The notes beneath the pieces were generated by a model. That model ran no database searches. It was given only the letters and a program-made list of their open reading frames with translations, and had not been told where the DNA came from. Shown here in pieces: positions 52,335 through 64,000 of a stretch of DNA of 64,000 bases. Positions within the stretch are counted from its first letter, which is position 1, and each line of letters begins with the position of its first letter. The position numbers and the translations under genes were made by a program. Origin of the DNA: Rhynchobatus australiae (Eukaryota); contig JAUZTB010000071.1 in the NCBI GenBank assembly GCA_034780895.1, positions 13,482,920 through 13,546,919 on the forward strand. Direction: 5' to 3'.

Positions 52335-52845
52335 GGCGACAAAGTGCTGGAGATACTCAGCAGTTTGGGTACCTTCTGTGGAGTGAAAAATGCAGGGAAG
52401 GGGCAAGGGAGGAAGGTTCAAAAGAGAAGGCATGTGATAAAGTAGACAGCAAAAGTGAGATTAATGGTACAAAGTAAAAGGTGATATCGGGATGTAAAAC
52501 ACACAATGTAGTTCTAAAGGAAGTGTAGATGGAAATAGATGAATTGTATGTTTCTTTTCCCACACTTTCATGCTCACCCCCTTCCCTTCCCTCTCAGAAA
52601 CATAATAGGTTCCTTTGTCTTTCCATCCCATTGGCTTTTACATTCAGTGAATCATCCCCCACCATTCCTGCCACTCCAGTTTAGTAACATTCTCCCTTTC
52701 TTCTACCTATTGCTCAACTTTCTTTCTTCTCTTGCTTTCTCATTTTTTCTCTTGCTTTCTCATTCTCTGGATGCTGTCTGATCTGCAGAAGGTTCCCAGA
52801 ACTTCCTTCCTTTAATTTCAGGTTTCCAGCTTCTGTGGTACTTTG
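52335..52845. mobile_element. Decayed Penelope-like element: inverted terminal repeats plus an ORF remnant
   Basis: Left end gtgctggagatactcagcag; right end gatgctgtctgatctgc...ttcaggtttccagc. 52609-52680 translates VPLSFHPIGFYIQ*IIPHHSCHSS, resembling the RVPLVLTYHP...IQxII linker between the RT and GIY-YIG domains of vertebrate Penelope ORFs. Confidence 0.55.
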
Positions 52846-53055
52846 TAAGAGTTCTGACATTGGACTGAAATAGACAGCATTCCTTCAGTTTATCCCACAT
52901 TGCATTAATATTTTCCATTTTACAAGAAACTTATTATCAGTTACATGAACTTTATCATAAACCAGAATAGCATTGACCAAGGAATTGTTGCAATGTAATC
53001 GCTGGCCCTGGTTATGAGAATGTGACTTGACACAAATTCATATTCATGCATCTTC

Positions 53056-53061
53056 AATAAA
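53056..53061 (+). terminator. Candidate polyadenylation signal AATAAA for RND2
   Basis: First AATAAA I noticed downstream of the last coding exon, followed by T/GT-rich sequence; an ATTAAA also occurs near 51484. No transcript evidence. Confidence 0.25.
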
Positions 53062-53944
53062 ACAACAATTGAGAATTTCTAGCATTTTCCGTCTTTGTAA
53101 CAAGTAACTGGAGTTATGAATCCTTTCATCATACTAGATGGTGCTATCTTGGACTGGGAAATGGATCCATAAGCAATTATGACCCTTGAATGCACTACCA
53201 TAAAACTAAGTCTTGGCCTGCGAACCAAGATAATGACTGCTGGTGGGTTAACTGGATATGAGAGGCTTCACAATTGCTTCTGGTTCCCACTTTCATCCAA
53301 AATTAACACTGTTGTTCTTTCCAATCCTGCTGCAAAAGAAGAAAAAGGAGGAAATACAAATGGCACCCAACCCTACTTACATGCAAGTCTACCTTTAATT
53401 CACATGACATTCAAAAGCCACTCCCANNNNNNNNNNNNNNNNNNNNNNNNNNNNNNTCATTGTTCTTTCCATGCCTGGAAGTCCCCTGTAGCACAATCCT
53501 GATTTCTCATGACACATGACAGCTCGTCAACACATACATTCCATTGTAATCACTCTTCATGAGTTTACGAAACAATCACCTGTTAGCACTTGCGTTGTAT
53601 GAGTAGACCTGCCCTGCTTTCCCACAGAATTATGCTGTTAATTGGAGTGTATTGTAAATTTAGAAAAGCTATTAAGACTGCAAGCCTTTGCAATAAGTAC
53701 AATTTGCAGGTGGGAATAAGTGTGCGTTATTATACATCTGTGCAATTTGAGTCAAACAAAGGCCATTTTAACCAGAGCAGAATTTTGGAAATGCTGCTCC
53801 CACAGTTGGACAATATGAATGGAGTTTTGCCTCTGGAGCAAGACTCGGGGTCATGGAAGAGCCAACTGAAAATCATAAGCACATTCATGCAGAACGAATT
53901 TAAGTTTCTACTATAGATAGGGACAGGGAATATTTAACCTCAAA

Positions 53945-54083
53945 CAAGAGAGACTGCAGATGCAGGAAATCTGGAGCAACGCACACAGTCCTGATGAAGG
54001 GTCTTGGCCTGAAATGCTGACCGTTCATTTCCCTCCAATAGATGCTGCCTGACCTGCTGAGTTCCTCTAGCATTTCGTGTGCG
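53945..54083 (+). mobile_element. Penelope-like short insertion with 5' inversion, hammerhead motif and perfect 10-bp TSD
   Basis: taacctcaaa at 53935-53944 and 54084-54093; inverted segment 53945-53985, then cagtc CTGATGA a ggg tcttgg cct GAAA tg ct gaccg. Confidence 0.85.
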
Positions 54084-54282
54084 TAACCTCAAATATGTCA
54101 CGGGGCCCAAACACTCAATTGCAGCTCCCATCCAGTATGACAAAATATGTTCATTAAACTTGAGCGCTTTAAAAATCATTTTCATAAATGACAAAAATCA
54201 CTCATCTTGTCCTAAGTTGTGACTTACTGATGAATGTTACCTTGACTTTGTATAATGCTGCTCTGTCAACACATGCTCTTAA

Positions 54283-54385
54283 TTCTTAGGCGGTCCCTCG
54301 AGATTGAGGATGACTTGCTTCCACTATTGTTCAGGATTGACTAATAAGACCAGATTGGGACCCACAGATTCTGTCAACATTTCAT
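54283..54385 (-). mobile_element. RTE-clade LINE extreme 3' end
   Basis: ttcttaggcggtccctcgagattgaggatgacttgcttccact; minus-strand peptide DRICGSQSGLIS; same family as 44380-44600. Confidence 0.65.
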
Positions 54386-54919
54386 GCAGGAAGTACACCT
54401 TTAGTCTCAAAGAAGATGCTTTTCAAAGCATTTCCTTTTCTCCAGTGACTAAAACATTCAGAACTACAATCACCATGTTTCAATCATCTTAAAAGATTTT
54501 GTGCACATTGAAAGCTTTCCCTTTAACTTGGTCCGGAGCTACTGCCAATTCAAATTAGTTCAAATGGGAATGAGATGGCTCTCAACTGGAAGCAGATCAA
54601 TTTGAGAGCACCATCCCTTCTGCTTCTGCACAGGCTCCATTTAATAATAGGCCAGTCTGAGTTGAAATCCCATTTTTTCACTCCCCACTTACAGAATCAA
54701 TCAATCTTATCATTAATCTTTCAACAAAGTCTGATCTTTCGAGAGGGTTAAATACCCCTCGTTCATTTTTGTAATGTTTTTTCCACTTTTACTTCAGAGT
54801 CACTTACAACATTGGTCTGATAATTTGATTTTCTTTTCGGATCATTTACATTATGTAGTTACTGCACATTTCACTTTGTTCCAGCGCCAAAAGTCACTTG
54901 GTTTCCAGAAGTGATTTAC

Positions 54920-55275
54920 TTTTTTCCTTTCATTCATGGGATGCAGAGATTACTGTCATTGCCAGAACTTATNNNNNNNNNNNNNNNNNNNNNNNNNNNN
55001 NNNNNNNNNNNNNNNNNNNNNNNNNNNNNNNNNNNNNNNNNNNNNNNNNNNNNNNNNNNNNNNNNNNNNNNNNNNNNNNNNNNNNNNNNNNNNNNNNNNN
55101 NNNNNNNNNNNNNNNNNNNNNNNNNNNNNNNNNNNNNNNNNNNNNNNNNNNNNNNNNNNNATACATTTTATTCAACTACTTGCCCAGCTGAAACCATGAA
55201 ATTTGAACTTGTGTCTGCGGATCATTAGTCTGGGCCTTTGGATGTTAGTCCTGTAATGTAATCACTATGCTACTT
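54920..55275 (-). mobile_element. Elasmobranch SINE-like repeat, gapped
   Basis: Tail ttcattcatgggatg; tRNA-like head on the minus strand gtagcatagtgatt...ggacta...aagttcaaat. Confidence 0.5.
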
Positions 55276-55865
55276 CTATGGTGAATTTGTATTCCACACA
55301 TCTACCTTTGGTGTGAAACTGAAAACTCTTTGCACTGCTGCTAAGCTTGACAGAGAGTAAAGCAGGTGCAAAAGCCTGATGTGAAGCACCCCATAGTTCC
55401 TCTTTCGAAGAATTTTATTCTGGATTCTGGGTTTTTTATTTAGTGTTTAGATGTACTGCTGGTGTGCCAGTGACAAGTACTAGGAGGGACTCTCACTTTA
55501 AATGTGCTCAGATGTCCCATTAAAGCCATCACCTGCAAGTATTTACCCTTTTTATGCATTGAAATGTCACCATATAATTCAGCATGAATCTTTCAATAAT
55601 TGATGTCTGCCATTAATCCACCCACTATTTTAAAAAAAAAGATATTAAGTTACTGAAAACAAAGAGATAAAACTAATAGGCAGATATATTTCAATACAAA
55701 TAATTGAATTGTTACAATGCAGAAGGAGGTCTTTTGTCTCATTGGGTTTGTGCCAGGTCTTTGTTAAGCAATTCATTCAGCTCATCTCTCACTCTTTACC
55801 CCAAGCCTCTGCAATTTATTTTTCCTCAGCTGCCTTTCAAAAGCTCAGAATCTGTTTCTACCACC

Positions 55866-56400
55866 GATAGAATGTAGAACAGTACAGCACAGTACAGGCC
55901 CTTCAGCCCACGATGTGGTGCCGACCTATACAAACCTACCCCATGATCAATCTAACCCTTCCCTCCTACACAGACCACAAGCCTCCATTTTTCTTACATC
56001 CATGTGCCTATCCAAGAATCTTTTAAATGTCCTGATTGTATCAGCCTCTACTACCACTACCACCACCCTTGGCAGTGCGTTCCACTCACCCACCACTCTG
56101 TGTAAAAACAAAACCTACCTCTGATAGCTCTTAACTTTTATCCACTCACCTTAAATGGATGTCCTCTTGTATTGGACATTACCACCTGGGGAAAATGGTG
56201 CTGGCTGTCCACTCTATCTATACCTCTCATAATTTTATTTATAGAGATTTATACATCTCTATCAAGTCACCTCTCATCCTGCATCGCTCCAAAGAGAAAA
56301 GCCCCAGCTCGCTCAACCTTTCCTCAGAGGACATGTTCTCCAATCCAGGCCACATCCTGGTAAATCTCCTCTGCACCCTCTCTAAAGTTTCCACATCCTC
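55866..56400 (-). mobile_element. Relatively young CR1 (HER1-like) 3' fragment nested in an older CR1
   Basis: tagaacagtacagcacagtacaggcccttcagcccacgatgt...tctatcaagtcacctctcatcct...ccaaagagaaaagccccagctcgctcaacct. Confidence 0.9.
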
Positions 56401-56539
56401 AGAACAAGGTCATAAACACTCTTACAAAAAAAATCACACCCTTTTTGTATCCTTTGCACATCACTTTGAATTGGTGCTCTCTCCCCCCCCTCCCTCCAAT
56501 CCACCCCTCTCCCCGACCTTCAACCATCATCTAAAGGGG

Positions 56540-57640
56540 ACAGGTCTCCTCTATTTATTCTCTCCAAACTCATGGTTCTTAAAACATTTCTGTTGAATTT
56601 CCTCTCAACCTTCCCTCTGAAGAGGACAACCGTAGCTGCTCCAGCTTAACCATGTGGCTGAGAACCCTCCTCCCTAAACTACCCTATCAAATCTTTTCTG
56701 CAACTTTTCCAGGATCTTCACGCCCTCCATAAAGTGTTGGATGCAGTACTCCAATTGTGGTCAAATCAGTGGTTTTTGAAGGTTTAACATAACCTCCCTG
56801 CTTTTGTACTCTCTGCCTCTATTGAAGAGGCTCAGGATTCCATATATTTCTTTCAACACATTCTCCCACTTGCAAAGATGCGTGGACACAAACTCACTGG
56901 TCTCTCTATTCCTGCGCAGCTCAGGACAAGGCCATTTTCTTAGTGTCATCTCCTTTCCTTCCTGACCATCCTGCCAGCCTACTGCTTTCTTTTTGCAATC
57001 CATTAACAAGCATCCAAATTTTCTGTCATTTGCAAATTATGAAATTTCATCCTGCTCACTGATTTCCAAGTCTTTCATATATTTCTTAAAACATGGTGGT
57101 ATTGGTACTGACCTCCGGAGAACTCCACTGTCTGCTATCATCCAGTCTGAGAAACAAAGGTTTACTGTGACTCTCCAACTTCTATCCTTAATCCACTTTC
57201 TTATCCATACTGCCACGGACTCATAATTCCATGGGCTTCAATGCTGCTATCCAGAAATTCACACAATACCATCTGAAAATCCACGTAACCTTCCATTCTC
57301 TGTCCCCTCATCAAAAAATTTATTCAAGCTTGTCCGAAAAGAATTGCCTTTTCCCTGATCTAAGCCAGTTCTCCTTTAATAACACTGATTTCTCCAAATG
57401 CCGATTTACTTTTTCTTCTTCTTATTGCCTCTAGATTAGGTTAAAAACTGAGGTTAAGCTGGCTAGCCTGCAGGTGCTGGGCATGTGCTTCACCCCTATT
57501 TGAAAAAGTGGATAACATTTACCATTTTCCAGTCCTCTGGCAGCTCTCCTGAATGGGGAGGATCATTACATTATGGCAAGTCTTTCTGCAATTTCCACCC
57601 TAGCTTCCCTCAGCAGCACAGGAGCCGTCTCATCAGGACC
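56540..57640 (-). mobile_element. Old CR1 ORF2 fragment (its 3' tail lies at about 55705-55865)
   Basis: Minus-strand peptide YGILSLFNRGREYKSREVMLNL, plus tgtcatttgcaaatt, tccagtctgagaaaca and ttttccagtcctctgg landmarks. Confidence 0.75.
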
Positions 57641-60084
57641 ACAGTATGATTACTTTAAGAATACTCACCCTTTACTGTACCTCGTCCTCATTAGTCTTCA
57701 CCCCATTCATTATGTCTACTACCTGCTCTTCTGGGATTTTTGACAACATCCTCTTCCTTGATGTAGATTGATACATTCCATACTCCATGCGTGCACTCTG
57801 TCTCTATGCCTAGATCAATTTATTGATCCCTGATTGACCCCACCACTTTTCTTATGACCTACTTATATTTACTTCCCCACAGAAAATGATTAGGTTTCCT
57901 TATATGTTAGCTGCCATTCCATTTACATAGTTCCATAGTTTCCTATTTCCTATTCCTATTTCCATAGTTTGTTTCTGCCCTTCTTGTTATCATTTCACTT
58001 CCCCTCTCGTGCTACATTTAGCTTGTTTCTCACGTGAATTTTTCATAGATTGATGCTACACGGGAACAAATCCTTCAGCCTGCTATCTCCATGCTGTTCC
58101 TTCAATTACCCACCTAACCAATCCACTCACAAGCACTTGGTCCATAGTCTTCTGTGCCTTAGCTATTCATGTGCTTATCTAGTTCCTTCTTTAATGTTAT
58201 GAGAGTACCTACCTCCACCACCCCCATGAAGGCATTTTCACCTGATACGTCTTGTTTTCATTCCATCCTCTGTCTCCTTACTGATCCAAGGAGCAATGGT
58301 TTTGCTTTCCTTACATTTCCTCCAATTAGGAAGGTACCTGAAACATCTATTTAAAGTCACCCATTGTTCAGTTGTTTTATAATCTTTGGTTCCACTTTAT
58401 CCTAGCTTTATCCCATTAAAGTTAGTCTTTCTCCAAGTGCAATATTTAGATTACTCCTTGCCCTTCTCTGTTTGTAAAGTAAACCTTTTCATAGCCATCT
58501 CTCTTCAGCTGTTTACTCATTCTTTAGTGATTTCAGTGCAAAATCACAGCAGATGAGGGAAGCTTCTGCATGATGCCCACAGGCCACAAATCCAAACTCC
58601 TACTCACATTTGCTGCTTCTGTGATAAGTGTCCTAGCGTCAGTCCTAATACCTGCCAATAGTTACATCTTGCTCCCAGTTGAAAGAGATAAAAACTGGAG
58701 ATGAGATAGCAAATTTAAAGCATTATATTTTTGCACAGTTTTCAAAGGATGTGGGGTTTTCTGTATTTATTAGAATTCCTTTCTAATGTTTATCATGATT
58801 GTAATACTGTAATACCCAATTTAAATTCTGGTGGTGAAAGGAAGCAAACTTTAAGGGCCACAGAAATCTATCAGCTCTTTATCCAATTATGACACTAAAT
58901 GTCTGTCTTGGGAGCACTGGTCTTTGACAAGGATCTCCCCACCAGCTGTAGCCAAGATCATTTTATACTAGATTCTACTTTCTTATACGAACATGACAAT
59001 TGCTGTAAATAGATATTCATCCCCATTTGATTAAATAGCTATTGAGATACGTGGTAATCACACTGGTGTGTGAGGTAATGTGGCTTGAAAATTAAGATTG
59101 AATTGTTTGAATTAAGTGATTTGACTGGAACTGTAAAATATCTTGGCTAATTGCCAAATTTATTTAGGTGGCCAGCCCAGCTTCTAGTGGGGAAGTTTCT
59201 AACTTCTCTGGTATTGAGCTTCTCTGCAAAACATATGATCTAAATCATGCAAGTTGAAGGTACTTCTAGTGTGGCAGGATTGGGAATTTGAGGAGGTGTG
59301 TCAGTTTTGTACACTTCTCAAGATGGTCCAAAGAGATGATATTTCTTTCTGCCCTGTATTTATGTCACTGACATTTCATCCTGGTGTGTTCTTAGGAAAT
59401 GGCTCAGATAATCCCATTGTAAATGTGCTCTCAATAGATCTCCAGTGTGGCCTGACTTTGGAAAATGGAGCAGTGTTCTATTGACAGAGGACTGACTGGT
59501 ACACAGGAGCAATTTATTGTCCAAGGATAAATATCATCAGGGTCCATTCTCACAACTGCTTCTTCCCCCTACCCCTGCTCGTTGGAAGAGATCCCATGTT
59601 GCTACACACTTAGGTGACCATTCCCATTATCTAACTATCTCATTCCCAGTATTTGGCACATTGCTATATTTAGACACTCCACCCCATCACAATTTCCCAT
59701 GGCGCTGTTCGAATCTTTACCCAAGTGGTTTATAAGACAGTTGCAGTGATATGATCACTGCCAAACTTGGATTGCAGGATGCAGTAGCTTCAGGGTTTGC
59801 ACATAAGTGAAGAGACACAAACTAAACACTTCATCTAAACTGGTAAATTATAAAATGGAGAAAAATTAATCAACTCTGGTTTGGATCCAAGACTTGTTAT
59901 TTCAGATTCATACATGCCCATATATCCTCAAGACAGACATTCCAATATCATGTTTCATCAAACACAATAAAATTAAATGGATACACACTCTCTGCTTCTT
60001 TAAGAAATAAAAAGTCAATGGATTCCTCCAGTGAAGGTAGTTAACATTGTGCTGCAACAATCACTTACAACAGTCACTGTATTA

Positions 60085-60410
60085 AAGCCTGTGGATTCAG
60101 GTTCAACTCAAGGCCTATATTCTAGAGAGCCACTTCAGTGTATTACAAGGGAACGGAGGCTTTTGGATGAGTTGTTAATCTGTGAACTTCTCAGATGGGC
60201 ATAAAAATTCTAAGACACTACTTGAAAATGAAAGAGGGATCTCTTGGCATTCAGGACAGCATGTATTCTGCAAACAACATTACCAAAATATTATCTGCTC
60301 ATTTATCACATGCGGTGCACAGTTGACAACCATGCCACATTATAGAATAATGGTGGCCGTACTTCTAGAATAATTCTTGGCCAGTAAAGCTCTCTGAGAC
60401 ATTATTCTTC
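60085..60410 (+). mobile_element. Highly diverged SacSINE1-like DeuSINE
   Basis: cttttggatgag...ctcagatgggcataaaaa...attatctgctcatttatcacat...ttcttggccagtaaagc. Confidence 0.5.
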
Positions 60411-62224
60411 CTTTTCTCAGCTCAAGTTCCTTATGAACTGGAGATTTCAACTAAGAAACCATAATGCCCCTATGGCATTTCACACATAACGTTGAAGCTG
60501 CATCGTTTGAATTTTTTTAAAACCTAACATCCAATTAGGTTTTCAGCTGTGACTTCTTGTATAATACAGATTTAGATAATAAGTTCATTTGGCTGTTACT
60601 CAGCACCATTTTGTTAATTGTAAAGTTATTTTCATTAAGATTCCTGATTTAGCAATTATAGCCATGCCATTGTGTAACATGTTGTGCAGTGAGTTAGCAC
60701 ATTAGCCATTAGCACCATAATCATTCTACAGGGTTATACTCATCTGATTCTTCTCTTGGAATTCAGATTGCCACTGGGCATGTACAGGTCCTATGCACTG
60801 ATGTCANNNNNNNNNNNNNNNNNNNNNNNNNNNCCCTAACTTTCAACAGAAACTAGAAATATGTGCCCTTTGCCTCTATTAGTAACACACATTAGTAGTA
60901 CCTACTTTGACATGAATTTATCAGACTGAAATGATAGAGTAGGGGAACTTGTCACATAATTTCATTGCCCAATTCTGTAGTGCTAGATTACCCATTTAGG
61001 TGGATCTCACTATCTAGTTTAGTCACTGGGATAAACCAATTCATAATGTAACGATGTAAAGTTCAAAGGTGAAATCCCTTGCTATGGACTGCATGTTTGT
61101 TAGCTACAGGCCTTTTATGCAAAGGGTAACTTTTCCCACAAATGCTGTAATATTTGGTTTTAAATGTAATACAACCTCCATAACTAGTGATTTGTTAGCA
61201 CTAAGAAGCTAACTATTATATTTCTGGCAGAGCCTGTAGTGCTTATCTAGTGCCTCTATGTCTTTTCAAGGCACAAGCAACAAAAGGTTAGGCAGTGGCC
61301 ATTGATAATATCCTCACTTGTTTACGTCTAACCCATGACAAAGTTTAAAACTGCTGCTGTCTATGGTTGATACTGAGCTGTGAAATCTTCCTACTTGTAC
61401 TGATGCTGACTGACAGGTTTTAACTAAGAAGAGGCTCGGGAAATCAACTGCTTTTGTATGTTGTGCTAGTTCCAAAAATAAATGTTTGCTGAAAAACAAG
61501 TGAGCTTTTCTTGTGCCAAATAAAAATGCTAAAATGATTGCTGTTGTATTTCCTGTCTCCAGGAATTATCCTCATCTTCAATATGCGTGTCTTTATGTGG
61601 TGCCTCTCCCTTACTGTTAAAATCAATGGCGAGAGAAATTGTCACATTAATCATACGAGTGTGATATAAAAAACCCTCCCCATCCCTCTGCCCAATCTCC
61701 TACCAATTTTAGCAAATACTTTTCTTGGAATGAAATCTTTAGGTCAAAAACTTTAAAAATTAATTCCACTGGTTATGTTTTACAATGTCATTGTTTCAAG
61801 TAAACTTTCATAAAATATCGTCAGACATGAAAAAGCAAATATCAGCAAGAGCATGTTTTTCAAAGTAGTCATTGAATTCTACCAAGCCTAATTTCATCAG
61901 ACAAACACAATGGTGTAGAAATCACCACCTGCTCTCTCCTCATCTTCTTTGACTCTCCAATAATGCACAGAAAGTTGACATATACCAATTTTACAATAAT
62001 TACACCATCTCCTACACTCATTCATTTGCTCCAGAACTTCAAAACTGTGACTCTTCTTTCATGTTTTCTACTGTTTCTTCCACCNNNNNNNNNNNNNNNN
62101 NNNNNNNNNNNNNAACATTTGACATCGCCTAATTGTTAGTTTCTGATTTAAACTCCCCATCCAAGCTCGATGGTCTCCTGTACCAATAGCATTTTGTTTC
62201 ATACAAACTAAACATATTGGAACT

Positions 62225-62425
62225 TTGTGGCAGGTCAGGCAGCATCTGTAGGGATAGATACAGTTAACGTTCCAGATTGATGACTTTCCTCAGGACAGAT
62301 GAAAGGTCATCAACCTGAAACATTAACTCTGTTTCTCTGTCTACAGATGCTGATTGACCTCGTGTGTTTCCAATGTTTTCTGTTTTTATTTCAGATTTCC
62401 AGCATCTGTAGGTTTTTGTTTTTGC
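62225..62425. mobile_element. Penelope-like terminal-repeat inverted pair with two decayed hammerheads
   Basis: gcaggtcaggcagcatctgtag...agttaacgttccagattgatgac | gatgaaaggtcatcaacctgaaacattaact...ctacagatgctg...tttcagatttccagcatctg. Confidence 0.7.
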
Positions 62426-64000
62426 TTTTCCTTTATCTATTTCTCTCAATTTTTTTAAAGTGTTGCTTTGGGCTCAGTGAATTCTGGTTGAGACAAACTG
62501 TATGTGAACGATTGAAACTGCTAGGTTTATATTCACTTATTGCAGTACAATCAATGACATAAGCACAGCTAACTTAATGATTTAAGAATGTGCTAATTTG
62601 GCTAGACTCCTCACACTTGTTTAAGCCCCATACAAGGAATTGTGGAACTGATTCATTGTGGCAGTCCACAGATACGTTGCTCTGCCAATGATATGCAAAA
62701 TCTGGTTGCTGTCCACCCAGGCATTTGGTAAAAGCGCTAACAAAAAGTCACAGGGTAGTCTGGAAGAGTGAGATAAAATGGGCCAAATGGCATCTGAATC
62801 TGTCTTCTGATCGAAGGAAAGAAATGCATCAATGTGCCATTCTGAAAGAACTTGACCTCTGATACAGCATGCATTAATTATAGCCGTTGTGTGTGAAGTC
62901 ATTAAGGACTGCTGCAGCAGCTGCTAAACATTATGATGCAGAACACTGGATGAGGATCCTTTGCATAGGAAATCTCTGAGCAAAATGAGAGGACACCCAC
63001 ATGCACTGCATACTAACTCATTAGAAAACAGCATCAGTGAAGACCTAGGGCCTGGTTCACTAGCCACCCACTCATATGATGTTGATGGATACTTCAAGAA
63101 AGAAAAGAAATACATTTAAAATTTAAAGGAAATGTTAACTGCTGTATTAGAACCTTCTATGTACTATCCATTGTCTTTAAAAAAAAGGAAATTATTACAA
63201 CAAGCTTGTTCAGTTCTTTAAATTTGCCATTCATTATGTATTAATGACATTTTAGGGCATTAACATAACCACAAAAACAAACCTATTTTAATGACTTACA
63301 TTAATGCAGAAATGAATTCCTCAGGGAAGTCAACATTAGCACAGTAAATTGAAACAGACTATCATACATCCTATTGAGATGTCTGATAATTAGTTATTTT
63401 ACAAATTATTTCACAGAAGAGTTGGCTTCCTAAGATTCAGAATAGATTGATATGATTTATTGGTTTAAATTTAGGTTTGCAATGTTCCCATTTCTTCAAA
63501 AGGATTAAGCAGAGAGATATACTATATAACAATATTTTGTCAATGGGATCATTGTGGTGCTAAAGGTTGTTTGTCATAAATTTTACAGCAGTCCAATAAA
63601 ATATTATAACATCCATTAGTCTATTCAAACTGCAATTATTTTCCAATGCAACCTTTGAAAATGTTAGCAGGCTGAGATATAACAGTGAAATGGAAACAGC
63701 TGCTTGAAAGTAAACATTGTTAGGGCAATGGGAGGCATTCAAGGAGTGTGTTGTAAGAGTCTAGAGGATTTCCAAATCCAGGCACCTCCACCCTGTGCCC
63801 ATTTTCTTTGTGTCCATCTACCAAAGTCATGGATCCTTCCACTGGGAGGCTAAAAGATATTGATTGACATGGTAAATGGTGATAGCAGGATCACTAGTCA
63901 AGCTTATATCAACTATCAAGAGGGCAGTACTGCAAAAACTTAGAGGAGCATTGAAGGCACTAAGTCAAATTTAAAAAGGAAATTAACCAGCAAAGAGCAC

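Noticed and set aside
62621-63115. Minus-strand ORFs as BRCA1 terminal exons (BRCA1 is tail-to-tail with RND2 in human)
   Set aside because: Only incidental matches (PNAW, EWV); no BRCT motifs such as VVTREWVLDS with proper splice sites.
1-64000. CRISPR arrays, operons or other prokaryotic systems
   Set aside because: The sequence is intron-rich, CpG-depleted vertebrate DNA with no regularly spaced repeat-spacer array or gene-dense segment.

Overview
Gappy draft genomic sequence from a vertebrate, almost certainly a cartilaginous fish (shark or ray), judged from DeuSINE/SacSINE1-like, HE1-like V-SINE, CR1, L2, RTE, Rex1 and Penelope-like repeats; repeat family names are recalled from consensus sequences, not from a database search. 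The only gene I can support is the atypical Rho GTPase RND2 on the + strand. Three coding exons with canonical splice sites are visible (34566-34675, 47990-48124, and 50569 to at least 50772). Coding exons 1-2 and the CAAX/stop are not visible and probably lie in assembly gaps; a CpG-rich, promoter-like region at about 22.5-24.3 kb contains such a gap. The other listed ORFs are spurious or decayed retroelement fragments. The most notable observation is a dispersed family of short (about 85-200 bp) non-coding insertions carrying decayed minimal type-I hammerhead ribozyme motifs (reconstructed consensus CAGTC-CTGATGA-A-GGG-TCTCGG-CCC-GAAA-CG-TC-GACTG). Four of them have 10-bp target-site-duplication-like flanks, several begin at the ribozyme, and one pair sits at the centre of a 560-bp fold-back palindrome beside the putative promoter. 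Two perfect hairpins of about 40 nt and a minus-strand AG|GT splice motif are also noted.
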